DNA of 63,815 bases, the filler included, from Octopus bimaculoides (lineage: Eukaryota), in the NCBI RefSeq assembly GCF_001194135.2. It is 7 parts of 7 records of this genome, joined end to end, with 100 filler letters (N's around TTAATTAATTAA, not from the genome) between each part and the next. Parts side by side here need not be neighbours in the genome. Positions count along the whole stretch, not along the records: positions 1 to 10,523 come from NC_068988.1; positions 10,624 to 39,728 come from NC_068981.1; 5 more parts are not named here. The stretch is one strand, 5' to 3'. Below the pieces are notes generated by a model. The model was not told where the DNA came from. It made no database searches and saw nothing but the letters and a program-made list of their open reading frames with translations. Both the position numbers and the translations under genes were made by a program. Numbering within the stretch: position 1 is the first letter of the stretch; each line of letters opens with the position of its first letter. Below, piece after piece: positions 1 to 12,133 of this stretch.

Positions 1-794
1 TATATATATATATATATATATATATACATACACACAGACAAACATATATATACATACACACAGACAAACATATATATATGTATATATATATGTGTGTGTG
101 TGTGTGTCTGTATGTATCTGTGTATTTATATATGCATACAATCATGAGTATATGAGCGCGCGTGTGTGTATTATTCTTCATGTATGTACATATATGTGTG
201 TGCGTGTGCGTGTGTGTATGTGAGTGTGTATGTTTCTGTATGTATACCGACCTGTATATATGCTACATGCAATTAAATCTAGATGGCTAAATCTATATTT
301 GTGAATAATGAAGCAGCGACGCCAAAATTTTCACTTATACAGTGAAGCACACGAATCCCATTACATATATTCTCGTACCTTATTTCGTGCAAAAGTATAG
401 TCTATTAATTTTACATTGCATTTATACATTCGTACACAGACGTGTGTGTGTGTGTGTGTTTGAGTGTGTCAGTGTGTGAGTGTGTGTGAGTGTGCATGAA
501 TGCATATACGCATTTATGCGTGTTTGAAATATTTTAGCATACATGCGTGTGTAGGATCCATATTTACTTATGTCTGTACATATAAATATACAGACATGCA
601 TGCATACAATTCCCTTCTGCATTCATGATCATTCGTGATTGTCTGACACTGAATAAATATAACTGTACTTCTCTATTAATAAAATAAAACTAAATGATTC
701 ACTTCAGACTTACAAGAAGAAAAATAAAATAACGAAGATATATAAAAAATATATTAAAATCTTGCAGTCTTTCGCTAACAATAATGTTTTTGAA

Positions 795-895
795 ATAATG
801 ATGATGATGATGATGATGATGACGACGACGACGACGACGACAAAAACAACAATAAAAGGAATAACAACAACAACAACAACAACAATAACAATATT
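795..895. repeat. Compound trinucleotide microsatellite (GAT)n(GAC)n(AAC)n
   Basis: Directly visible; it produces the spurious poly-M/T/S ORFs 762-1238 and 775-1146. Confidence 0.95.
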
Positions 896-1489
896 ACTAC
901 ATGAAACAATGTGTAATATATATGAACATAATCATATGTACGTCTATATATATATATATATATANNNNNNNNNNNNNNNNNNNNNNNNNNNNNNNNNNNN
1001 NNNNNNNNNNNNNNNNNNNNNNNNNNNNNNNNNNNNNNNNNNNNNNNNNTGTGTGTGTGTGTGTGTGTGTGTGTTTGTGTTAATATATACATATGTACAT
1101 AAATGCATATATATATGTGTTTATGTACTTGCATATATATATGCATACATTCACTTGTGCGTGCTTTTGTGTGTGTGTGTTAGAGATACAAATGTTATCA
1201 TTAGTTTGATTCTTTGCCTTCACAGGTTTTCCTGTTAATGATGTTGCAGAGAATGACGTTATTAGCAGAGGGTAGGGGTGTGCACTATCATCAGAGATAT
1301 TCTACTAGGCATCAGATAGACGCTTCTTTCAATTAACCTTGGAAGATACGTCAGCCATCTTTAGAAGCAAGGACTTCTAAAATTTCTGTAGTTTTCAATG
1401 TTTCTATATAAGTATTTTAGAAATAGTTTAACTTTTAGATAGAGCTTTTTGAGAAGTTGTTAGTTTTTTCTTCAAGTAAATATTCGTTT

Positions 1490-1660
1490 CAAATTTTGGC
1501 ACAAGGCCAGCATATTTGGGGGTCATGCCAAGTCGATTAACTCGACCGCCATTGTTGAAATGCTAGGTCCACCTCGGTGGTGGATGAACTCAGAACTTCA
1601 TGAAAGAGAAAATGCCGCTCATAATTTTGCCCGGCGTACCTACGATTCTACCAACTCACC
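1490..1660 (-). mobile_element. Degraded tRNA-derived SINE (same family as 52000-52411 and 61165-62030)
   Basis: ttttggcacaaggccagca...aagtcgatta...ccacctcggtggtggatgaactcagaac...ttttgcccggcgtacctacgattctaccaactcacc aligns with the intact copy at 52200-52408. Confidence 0.75.
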
Positions 1661-2840
1661 ACCTTTTATCAAGTAAATATTATGTATTTGTGTTTATCTG
1701 ATTCATGCTGATATCGACGACTGGTTTTGGAAATATTGTTATACATCTTAGAATTATTATTGTAATCCTTAGCAATTGCTTCTATTTATCACTTATGCCA
1801 CCACATATCATTTATCATACAGATTGTTATTTCATATACTGATATATTTTTATGCTGAAGTTTTACATTCAATCTCAGTATAGATTTGATACAACTCTGC
1901 AACCTTGTCACATAAATATTTAAATAAAACGCTTTTGCAATGGTTTCTTCGTGTTTACATGTATCTAATCATTACCAATAATTTTATGAATACACGAAGA
2001 CACATGAACATGATTGGTAAATGCTTAATAGCATGTATACAACGACGAACTTTGTCAAAAAAAAAAAATCGGATTTAATACTTCTATGACAAGGTTATAA
2101 TTGTAATGAAACTATTTGAAGATAGAACTTAAAAATTCTGCCATAAAATATCAAGTACAATAAAATAAATGAGAAATATTACAATATACAGAAACTATGA
2201 ATGTCCATAGGGTACAAAAGAAATAACGGAAACGGATTCTAGTTGCTTCATTACGCGAGCTGTAAAAAGTAACTCATGAAGAATATAACTGAATCATTAA
2301 ATCGTTGTCTTGTCAGTTGTTAGTATAAGCAAATAATTCACATCGAATTTATTTTACCTTGTACTGCTTACATGAATCAGAGTACATATATGTAAGACAT
2401 AATGATGAATTAGTAGGATTAATTACCTCATCCAAAACATTGTCTAATACGGTGAGGTGTTCCATATATTAGAACAAGAAGAAAACTAGAATGGAAAGGT
2501 GAATATGAGACATGTATCGATAATCTGTTAAATGTAGGGATAATTGAAAGAGGAAAAGCTAAACTGTTTTAAACTGTGTACCTCGACAGGGGATTCGACG
2601 AGTATTGCAGTTAAACAGGTGAATATGACTGTAGCATTAACTACAATAATCCGTTTAGCTGCTGATGAATAATAAGAGAACCCTTGGAGTTGAGTTGTAC
2701 CTTACACAGCGCCTTTGGTAATGTCATATGTAGGTGTGTATGTTTATATATATATGTATACATAAACACATGCGCACACACACACACACACACACACATA
2801 CACACACACACACACACTTGTATATATATATGTGGAGCCT

Positions 2841-3076
2841 CTTCAGTCATGAATGACCATACAATTGCGTCTAGAAAGTTCCCATCCACGGCACAAGTCC
2901 GGGCAATGTTGTTTATGGAAGACCAGCAATCGCTCATGCATACCCTCCTCCCCTCTCCACACCACTGATCTTATCCAAGAGAAAGGCAAAGGACAATACA
3001 GCTTGACACCAGCAGCATTGCAATTCATTTCTACAACTGAGTGAACTGGGCCAACACGAAATAAAGTACCCTGCTC
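2841..3076 (-). mobile_element. SINE-like repeat body; reverse-complement copy at 57099-57300
   Basis: gtcatgaatgacc...gaaagttccc...gcacaagtccgggcaa...gaagaccagc...tccaagagaaaggcaaagg matches the reverse complement of 57099-57300. Strand is from recalled consensus; the head lies in the gap. Confidence 0.7.
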
Positions 3077-3353
3077 NNNNNNNNNNNNNNNNNNNNNNNN
3101 NNNNNNNNNNNNNNNNNNNNNNNNNNNNNNNNNNNNNNNNNNNNNNNNNNNNNNNNNNNNNNNNNNNNNNNNNNNNNNNNNNNNNNNNNNNNNNNNNNNN
3201 NNNNNNNNNNNNNNNNNNNNNNNNNNNNNNNNNNNNNNNNNNNNNNNNNNNNNNNNNNNNNNNNNNNNNNNNNNNNNNNNNNNNNNNNNNNNNNNNNNNN
3301 NNNNNNNNNNNNNNNNNNNNNNNNNNNNNNNNNNNNNNNNNNNNNNNNNNNNN

Positions 3354-3409
<56 letters not shown>

Positions 3410-3415
3410 ATCATC

Positions 3416-3777
3416 TAAATCTGATCAGTGACTCTTAAAGCCCTGGGTTAAATTCAACAACCTCTGTCAGTCTTATAAGATAATCCGTTGAAAACATGTG
3501 CTGATTTTCAAAACGGTAAAAGTGTAAACGACAAATTAAAATGGGTGGCTTATTAGCAATCAGAAGCTAAAGGCAAAATAAATGAAGGTCACATAAGGGC
3601 TGAAACAATATTGACCTTCATTAGGGTCTAATTACTAATAAACCATACTTTTAAAATTGTTTTTTAACACTTTTACCGTTTTCAAAATCAGAACATGTTT
3701 TCAATGATTTTACTTATAAAACTGACACAGTTAGTTGACGTTAACTCTAGGAATTAAAAGTCGCTGATGACGATTAA
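3416..3777. mobile_element. Fully palindromic (foldback) MITE-like element with CAGTGACTCTTAA / CAGCGACTTTTAA-type ends
   Basis: Left arm cagtgactcttaa...tgtcagtcttataag...ttgaaaacatgtgctgattttcaaaacggtaaaagtgt matches the reverse complement of the right arm. Central perfect 11-bp IR aatgaaggtca (3581-3591) / tgaccttcatt (3612-3622). No clear TSD. Confidence 0.8.
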
Positions 3778-4094
3778 GTCGGACAACATCAAATACTGAA
3801 ATCGCTATCTATGTACGCTGGGGACTTACCTCCCTTTGTCAGTCATTTAGTCTAGTGCTGTTGTGTTTTGTGGCTTTTCAGCTGTTTTAACTCTAATTTT
3901 AGGCAAAAGATAAGCTAGTCATTATGCGCTGTCATTTTTGTGACGTCTATTAATTTTTTCTTCACATTCTATTTACTAATTAGCCCCATTTTTAATTTCT
4001 TATATATGTATATATAATGTCATAAATAATATAGAAATATATGCATATGTCCATACATATATGTACATACCTATATATATATATGCATACATAC

Positions 4095-4260
4095 ATGCAT
4101 ACATGGGTACAAGACATCACAAAAAACGTTAAAAACAATGAGAAACGAAAACATAAAGACGAAGACACAAAAGGAACTTTTTGTCGATCAACGAAAAAAA
4201 CAAACCAAGAAACGAGATATGCATCATAAAGAATATTTCCCTTCTTCAGATGTCCCTGGT
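4095..4260 (-). repeat. Microsatellite-anchored repeat with CTGAAGAAGGGAAAT head and ...cttgtaccca tail (putative Penelope pLTR-derived)
   Basis: Same architecture as 10725-10870, 21030-21413, 21750-22215 and 51425-51570. Penelope origin is inference. Confidence 0.5.
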
Positions 4261-5250
4261 AACAATTTAGCTAGGTGTTAAATAAATCGGTCATAGGACT
4301 AGATACTAATAGACTATGTTAGCAGTTATAAACATTTTCAGTTGCTATTTTTCGTGAAATATTTAAGAAGATATGTCGATTTCATGAAGCCTCATTATAT
4401 TCAAACGATATTTTATTATTCTCGAAAAACTTGGTTTTATTAATGAAGTGGAAACATCTGTAATTTATGAATTGTGTCATTTGCTTGTATCAAATAAATA
4501 AATTGAATTGAATTTATCATTTAATGATTAAATTATGTAATTGTTCAATTTACTGTTTTGATTTCCATTTCTAATTTATATATATATATATCTTATTATT
4601 ATTACTATAATTATTTTTATTTTTATTATTTTATGGGACATATATTAACTGAACATCTTTACTCGCCTAAATTTAAGCGGGTGGTAGCGCATTATGTGGA
4701 GTAATTTTTTATGCGAGTAACATCCATACAAATGGATCCGTTTTCTGTGTTGTGCAATATAAGCTAAATTTATAAGTAGCAAAAAAAAAAAAAAGTAACA
4801 CTCTTTGACAATACAGATAAAATTTAAATAAATATATAAGGAGCGAGAATAATAGGAATAAAAATCTAAGATGAAATGGGATTAGAAGAATGAAAAAGGG
4901 AAGGGAAAGTATAAGCTGCCGTTAGAAGATACAGTAAAAGATACATGTTTAATGATTTCAACAATATGGAGAGCATAATTGGTTAACATGGTGTTACACA
5001 AATTCAGTAAGGAGCAGAAGGAAACTCAGGTAATATCGTTAACTTCGAAAATTTGAAGATTGCTATAATAAAAGCCTAAATTTCGGACAAAACGTGTTAT
5101 TTTTATATATTTGTTATAATGGATTTGAATAGTAGACGGGAGATTGGCCGTATTTTATCAATACCTGTTCAAGACCAAATGATGGAATGTTCATATAACA
5201 AGCCAATCAGGTATAGTGCAATACTAGGGAGTTGATCTCCACCAAAGTGG

Positions 5251-5287
<37 letters not shown>

Positions 5288-5458
5288 ATTATTATTAAAA
5301 AATATGGCAAAAAAACATATATTAATTAATATCGATTAATTACCAGAAAGCTAGCACGTTTAAAGAATCAAAGAGATTCAGAAACAGTATCTGCAATCTC
5401 AGGGGATTAAAGTACATTTTTANNNNNNNNNNNNNNNNNNNNNNNNNNNNNNNNNNNN

Positions 5459-5524
<66 letters not shown>

Positions 5525-5649
5525 GTATCTATATATCTATCTACTTGTCAGTCTATTTGTCTGTCCGTCCGTGTGCCTGTGTGTATGTGTGTGTCTTTGT
5601 GTGTCTCTGTGTGTGTCCTTGTGTGTGTGTGTGTGTTTGTGTGTGTGTG

Positions 5650-6415
5650 TACGAGGGGATGGACAAAATAAGCCGGAATTTGGCATCCATTGTTTTTTTT
5701 CTTCATCTTTCCCACATCTGCAAATTCTGTAGCACCAAATTTCATCACCAGTGATGGTTTGTGAGAAATGGTCCGGATCAACTATCAACTATTCTTTCTG
5801 CTCACAACACGTATTCAGTCGTGACGGCATTTGATTTTGCTTGTGCAATCGAGTCACAAATTTTGCCGCAACTCTTTTCATTCGCGATTCATTGCTCAAT
5901 ATTTGTTGGCAGAAGCTCCATAACACACCAATCATATCAGCCAGTTCGTCAATTATTCAGTGACGATCCAGTAAGATCAGTTCATGAATTTTCATGATGT
6001 TTTCATTCGTCTGGGAGGTCGACTGTAGCCCAAAAGGAGGTTGGTCTTCAAGCAACGAATGACCATTCTTAAAACGTAAAAAACTACTCGTAATTTTGTA
6101 TTTTCATTATGGCATCGTTCGTGTAAGCAGTTCGAAGCATGATAGCTGTTTCGGCCGCCATTTGCCTCAGCAGAAAACAGAATTACACGGAGGCACGCTG
6201 TTACATCGTTTCGCCGATCGCAAGAATTGACGAACTGAGGAAGAGCTCTGCAAAACAAAGACGCACAACGTGGTAGTATGACTGCAGCTGATGGCGACAG
6301 TCGACAAATTGATTCCTGAGGGTCTCATTAAGTGGATTCTAGCAGTATAAGCACTAAGTATAACTAGCGTGTGCCACAGAGGACTTTACCAGTTACATTT
6401 CGGTATCCCATCGTA
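5650..6415 (-). mobile_element. Internally deleted, decayed mariner (Tc1/mariner) element, TA-flanked
   Basis: Minus-strand translation with stops: QRASV*FCFLLRQMAAETAIMLRTAY...FLRFKNG..LED...NENIMKIHELIL..RMKRVAAKFV...DPDHFSQTITGDEIWCY (HTH plus first catalytic D). Degenerate TIRs TACGAGGGGATGGACAAAATAAGCCGGAA (5650) and TACGATGGGATACCGAAATGTAACTGGTAA (reverse complement of the end at 6415). Confidence 0.9.
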
Positions 6416-6438
6416 TCTACATGCATATACATGCATAC

Positions 6439-6489
<51 letters not shown>

Positions 6490-7969
6490 NNNNNNNNNNN
6501 NNNNNNNNNNNNNNNNNNNNNNNNNNNNNNNNNNNNNNNNNNNNNNNNNNNNNNNNNNNNNNNNNNNNNNNNNNNNNNNNNNNNNNNNNNNNNNNNNNNN
6601 NNNNNNNNNNNNNNNNNNNNNNNNNNNNNNNNNNNNNNNNNNNNNNNNNNNNNNNNNNNNNNNNNNNNNNNNNNNNNNNNNNNNNNNNNNNNNNNNNNNN
6701 NNNNNNNNNNNNNNNNNNNNNNNNNNNNNNNNNNNNNNNNNNNNNNNNNNNNNNNNNNNNNNNNNNNNNNNNNNNNNNNNNNNNNNNNNNNNNNNNNNNN
6801 NNNNNNNNNNNNNNNNNNNNNNNNNNNNNNNNNNNNNNNNNNNNNNNNNNNNNNNNNNNNNNNNNNNNNNNNNNNNNNNNNNNNNNNNNNNNNNNNNNNN
6901 NNNNNNNNNNNNNNNNNNNNNNNNNNNNNNNNNNNNNNNNNNNNNNNNNNNNNNNNNNNNNNNNNNNNNNNNNNNNNNNNNNNNNNNNNNNNNNNNNNNN
7001 NNNNNNNNNNNNNNNNNNNNNNNNNNNNNNNNNNNNNNNNNNNNNNNNNNNNNNNNNNNNNNNNNNNNNNNNNNNNNNNNNNNNNNNNNNNNNNNNNNNN
7101 NNNNNNNNNNNNNNNNNNNNNNNNNNNNNNNNNNNNNNNNNNNNNNNNNNNNNNNNNNNNNNNNNNNNNNNNNNNNNNNNNNNNNNNNNNNNNNNNNNNN
7201 NNNNNNNNNNNNNNNNNNNNNNNNNNNNNNNNNNNNNNNNNNNNNTGATGTCCTTTCAGAATAGCCACAATGGACCCTTGCAAATTAGCGAAATGCCATT
7301 CCGCTTGAAACACGTTATTTTGGCGCTTTCTATTAATTGCAGAGCAGCTATCATTTCCAGTAAATAATCGCCACACCACCAATTCTGGGGGATCACAACA
7401 GCAACTTCTCAATGAATATTTATAATCGCTTTCTCTTGCAGAAACATGGCAAAATCCCTTATGAATAGTTATAAAACATACTTAAAATGTTCCAAAATTT
7501 CTAGATGTTCCGCCCATCCTTACTAAACTAGAGTATAGAAGAAGATCAAAGAAACACAGAGGATATTATATAACATGTAGCTGTTCTTGTGGTTCATGTT
7601 TGTTTTCTAAAATACAGGTTAAATGATGAATTTTAATGTTGCTACCAAAATCCACATCAAAGAGGTGGATGAAGGTAGCGCTTTCATTATATTTTTTGTT
7701 ATTTTGTTTAACTTTTTATAAGTATCCCCCTTTTGGCCAATGCTCACACCCCTCCCCTTCTCTGACTTTCAAGAATGACACGCGTGTGAATACACACACA
7801 TACATATACACATATGTAACTTGTTATATTCATATGCATTTCAGAAACACACACACAGACACAGACATACACAGACGCGCACACGCACCCACACATATAC
7901 ATTTATGCATGTATATATTTTTATATACACACATAGAAAGGAAACATAAATACATTAAATACATATTGC

Positions 7970-8006
<37 letters not shown>

Positions 8007-8942
8007 TATGTATATAAACATATATTTATGNNNNNNNNNNNNNNNNNNNNNNNNNNNNNNNNNNNNNNNNNNNNNNNNNNNNNNNNNNNNNNNNNNNNNN
8101 NNNNNNNNNNNNNNNNNNNNNNNNNNNNNNNNNNNNNNNNNNNNNNNNNNNNNNNNNNNNNNNNNNNNNNNNNNNNNNNNNNNNNNNNNNNNNNNNNNNN
8201 NNNNNNNNNNNNNNNNNNNNNNNNNNNNNNNNNNNNNNNNNNNNNNNNNNNNNNNNNNNNNNNNNNNNNNNNNNNNNNNNNNNNNNNNNNNNNNNNNNNN
8301 NNNNNNNNNNNNNNNNNNNNNNNNNNNNNNNNNNNNNNNNNNNNNNNNNNNNNNNNNNNNNNNNNNNNNNNNNNNNNNNNNNNNNNNNNNNNNNNNNNNN
8401 NNNNNNNNNNNNNNNNNNNNNNNNNNNNNNNNNNNNNNNNNNNNNNNNNNNNNNNNNNNNNNNNNNNNNNNNNNNNNNNNNNNNNNNNNNNNNNNNNNNN
8501 NNNNNNNNNNNNNNNNNNNNNNNNNNNNNNNNNNNNNNNNNNNNNNNNNNNNNNNNNNNNNNNNNNNNNNNNNNNNNNNNNNNNNNNNNNNNNNNNNNNN
8601 NNNNNNNNNNNNNNNNNNNNNNNNNNNNNNNNNNNNNNNNNNNNNNNNNNNNNNNNNNNNNNNNNNNNNNNNNNNNNNNNNNNNNNNNNNNNNNNNNNNN
8701 NNNNNNNNNNNNNNNNNNNNNNNNNNNNNNNNNNNNNNNNNNNNNNNNNNNNNNNNNNNNNNNNNNNNNNNNNNNNNNNNNNNNNNNNNNNNNNNNNNNN
8801 NNNNNNNNNNNNNNNNNNNNNNNNNNNNNNNNNNNNNNNNNNNNNNNNNNNNNNNNNNNNNNNNNNNNNNNNNNNNNNNNNNNNNNNNNNNNNNNNNNNN
8901 NATACATACATACATATATATATACACATACATATACACATG

Positions 8943-8988
<46 letters not shown>

Positions 8989-9517
8989 TATGTATATAAA
9001 CATATATTTATGTAAATAAATGGAAACAAATGGATCAACAATTGTAAGACACACAGGCACACAAACACACACACACTCACACACATATATATATATATGG
9101 ATTAGTGTGTGTGTGTGTGTGTATGTGTATGTGCTTCTGTGCCTGTGTGCCTTACAATAGTGGGTCCATTTATTTACATCCTTAGTCCAAAGACCCAAAT
9201 CCTACATTTTATCTCCCATCACCCCAGCGTTACTAAAATAAACACCACTGAAACACTGAACGCCATTGGGTTAACTCGGCCTCTATCTTCATAATGGAGT
9301 CCTTCAACTTTCATCGGAACGAAGTACAATCACGGATATTGATCATATTCTTTTATATATGTGTGTGTGTATGTGTGTGTGTATGTGTGCGTGTGCGAAT
9401 CTGTGTATGTGTATATATGAATATATACACACATATATATATATATATATGTAAATATATGAAAATAAAAAGATAAAGAGAGCAATGGTAAGGTTGGAGA
9501 AGTATTTTATGGATATA

Positions 9518-9566
9518 GTCTTACAGCTGTTTCTGGGAAGATCCAGTACTTCCCTTCACCGGAGAC
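9518..9566 (-). ncRNA. Second, inverted hammerhead-like motif (core CCGGTGA, probably inactive)
   Basis: Reverse complement reads gtct CCGGTGA a gggaa gtactggatc ttccc a GAAA cagctg TA agac; conserved A6 is replaced by G. Confidence 0.55.
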
Positions 9567-9777
9567 AGAAAAAAATAAAGTAATCTATTTTTATATCCAT
9601 AAGCCGATATTTTTAGTATGAAGTGATAAAGAGTGTGATGTGCTGAAAAAAAGAAAACAGTACTTGAAGTGTAGTTTCATTCCAGTAGTAAATATCCGTG
9701 TAAATATCACACCCTTTACCACTTCATACTAAAAATATCCGCCTATGGATATAATAATAGATTACTTTAATGTTTCT

Positions 9778-9826
9778 GTCTCCGATGAAGGGAAATACTG
9801 GATCTTCCCAGAAACAGCTGTAAGAC
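9778..9826 (+). ncRNA. Minimal type-I hammerhead ribozyme-like motif
   Basis: GTCT (stem I) - CCGATGA (core, U4C variant) - A GGGAA atactggatc TTCCC A (stem II) - GAAA - CAGCTG (palindromic stem III) - TA / AGAC (stem I). Predicted cut after GUA at 9822. Confidence 0.65.
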
Positions 9827-10485
9827 TCTATCCATAAAATACTTCTCCAACCTTACCTTTGCTCTCTTTATCTTCTTGTTTTTATATATTTACATATACA
9901 CACGCTAATACACGACTTATAATACCCAATCCTGTTCATACAACGACTGGGACAAAACTAGTCGGTATACATCACTTACTCGGTATTACCTGTATCCTCT
10001 TGGGTTTGGTTAAATCCAATACNNNNNNNNNNCATACAATGCATACAATACGCGGAAGAAAAGCGATACAAACCTCATTTATGGCCGCAGCAATATCCAA
10101 GTTTATATTCGCTGACGTCATTGTTTACCTTATATGGTCACACAGCTGACTTTGATCCATCCTCTCCGATGCAAATACACGCAGAATCAGAGCTACATTC
10201 GAGCACATTCAAACATGCATTTATATTTACACACATTCTAGCTGTGTTTTTCTTTCTCTGGTCCTGTATCTCTCACGTACACATTTACTCTTTCTCTCTC
10301 ACTCCCACTCCCACCTTCCCACTCTTGCTGTTTCCTTTTCTATCACTTTTTCTCCTCTAGGGTAATCTTTTATGATTGAAGATAGAACATTTACACATAT
10401 TTTATGTAAAATGACGATATATGTAGTTGTCAAAAGAAATTTAATTACATACATCGATACACACATTTTTGCATACATGCATAAG

Positions 10486-10523
<38 letters not shown>

Positions 10524-10623
10524 NNNNNNNNNNNNNNNNNNNNNNNNNNNNNNNNNNNNNNNNNNNNTTAATTAATTAANNNNNNNNNNNNNNNNNNNNN
10601 NNNNNNNNNNNNNNNNNNNNNNN
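10524..10623. other. Artificial scaffold join (44 N + TTAATTAATTAA + 44 N); also at 39729-39828, 45616-45715, 55040-55139, 60733-60832, 62423-62522
   Basis: Identical 12-mer with stops in all six frames centred in exactly 100 bp at six places. Confidence 0.95.
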
Positions 10624-10724
10624 ATATATATATATATATATTTAAAACAATTAATAAATGAGTATATGCATATATACGTACAGTTATGTGCATACTTACA
10701 TCTACCTGTATATATATATATATG

Positions 10725-10870
10725 TGCATATCTGGGTACAGGACGTTGCAAACAAAACGTAGACAAAAAATAATAATAACCAGAGTACAGAAAACACACA
10801 GGCCACGTAGAGAACATTTCCTTCATCAGCTGCCCCCATTCTAACACAGGCGTAATGCGTGTGATTGGGT
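10725..10870 (-). repeat. Microsatellite-anchored repeat, CTGATGAAGGAAAT...cgtcctgtaccca(TA)n family
   Basis: Reverse complement: cagCTGATGAAGGAAATgttctc...tttgcaacgtcctgtacccagatatgcacatatatata. Confidence 0.5.
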
Positions 10871-10889
10871 GTATAACTTTTGCGTATTT

Positions 10890-11071
10890 TCTTTTACTTT
10901 TCTCAGTCATTAGACTGTGGCCGTTCTGCAGAACTTTCCTGAACAATTATACTCTAACCAATTATTTAAGCCTGGTATTTATTCTACCGGTCTAAATTGT
11001 GGGGACATAAACATACCAGCACAAAGTATCAAGCGGTGGTAGGGAACAAACACAAAGACACACGCACACAC

Positions 11072-11148
<77 letters not shown>

Positions 11149-11150
11149 CA
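10890..11150 (+). mobile_element. Degraded SINE-like repeat of the cagtcatttgactgcggccatg family with internal (CA)n
   Basis: tcagtcattagactgtggcc...aagcctggtatttattcta...cataaacataccagcac...acaaacacaaagacacac. Related copies at 18960-19115, 54075-54295, 60833-60885 and 63745-63815. Confidence 0.65.
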
Positions 11151-11263
11151 CGTATATGAACACTGGTATAAGCCTGAGAATTAGGACGGTAGTATCCCTC
11201 ACATGATTATAGGTGCTTGAAACAATTTTATATCTGTGTGTGTGTGTGTGTGTGTATTTTTGA

Positions 11264-11296
<33 letters not shown>

Positions 11297-11867
11297 CACA
11301 TATATACTTTATTAACAAAGCTGCAAATACATCACAAAACTGTTACTCAGATAAAAATGCAAGAGAAAGAGAAACGTGTTACTTTTGCATGTATGTAATC
11401 ATGTTTTGTTATGTGCGCGCTTTTATATTTGTGCGTTTGCAAGCTTACTGAAGTATTTAACATTTGTTAGACACTTTTTAGGAACACCAGCTTCCAAATC
11501 ATTTTTCTCTCTCTCTTTCTCTCTTTATGTATGTATTTTTGTCTTTTTCTTTCTTTTTTTTTCTTCCACCACTGTTTTCTTGTTTCTTTCTCCCACCGTT
11601 GAATCTCTGATTTTCTTTTCGTTTTCTTTGTCTAGCTTGTAACAACTAAGTTACACGCGAAATATTACACTATGTAACAAATTTTAGACTTTTGTTTGTC
11701 TTTGTTCATTAAGTGTTATTTCCTAAGTGGTTTGGTCTAGAAAGCAAAGAATAGTATTATTAGTCCCTTCAAACTTTGGTTCAGTGGCCTGAACATTGAT
11801 GCTTTAAAGATAATATTTATATATGTTGTAATCTGAATTAATGTTTTTAAAGTAATAATACTATTTA

Positions 11868-11872
<5 letters not shown>

Positions 11873-11942
<70 letters not shown>
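11873..11942. repeat. (TA)n microsatellite inside the transposon 5' leader
   Basis: About 35 pure TA units. Confidence 0.95.
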
Positions 11943-11945
<3 letters not shown>

Positions 11946-12133
11946 CAGAGAGTTGAACTGTGTTGGGTCAACAGAGCAGCATGTAAACGTATCTCTATAT
12001 TTATTTCTAGAACATTCTGGCAACACTTAATGCACTATAAATAAAAGGATTCAGGAAACAGACTCTTTAGTTCAGTCTATTTCTAGCTGTCAAAGTGGAC
12101 ACACAACGTTATTGATGGCTGCATTCGTCACAA

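Larger units (their letters stand above)
9470..9874. repeat. ~405-bp palindrome: ~170-bp arms (9470-9639, 9706-9874) with ~66-bp spacer; putative inverted Penelope-type pLTR pair
   Basis: aagataaagagagcaatggtaaggttggagaagtattttatggatatagtcttacagctgtttctgggaagatccagtacttcccttcaccggagacagaaa matches the reverse complement of the right arm with few mismatches. Confidence 0.95.

Noticed and set aside
1226-1271. Possible 46-nt exon (FPVNDVAENDVISR) after a good acceptor
   Set aside because: Weak donor (gtaggg), no recognisable protein, and no partner exons.
3764-3790. CTGATGA cga ttaag tcg GACA string
   Set aside because: It lacks GAAA and stem III and overlaps the MITE end; likely chance.
7336-7424. 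Possible terminal exon EQLSFPVNNRHTTNSGGSQQQLLNEYL*
   Set aside because: Modest acceptor and no homology I can recognise.
7985-9012. Identical ~50-bp sequence on both sides of the 8031-8900 gap
   Set aside because: Most likely an unmerged contig overlap rather than a biological duplication.
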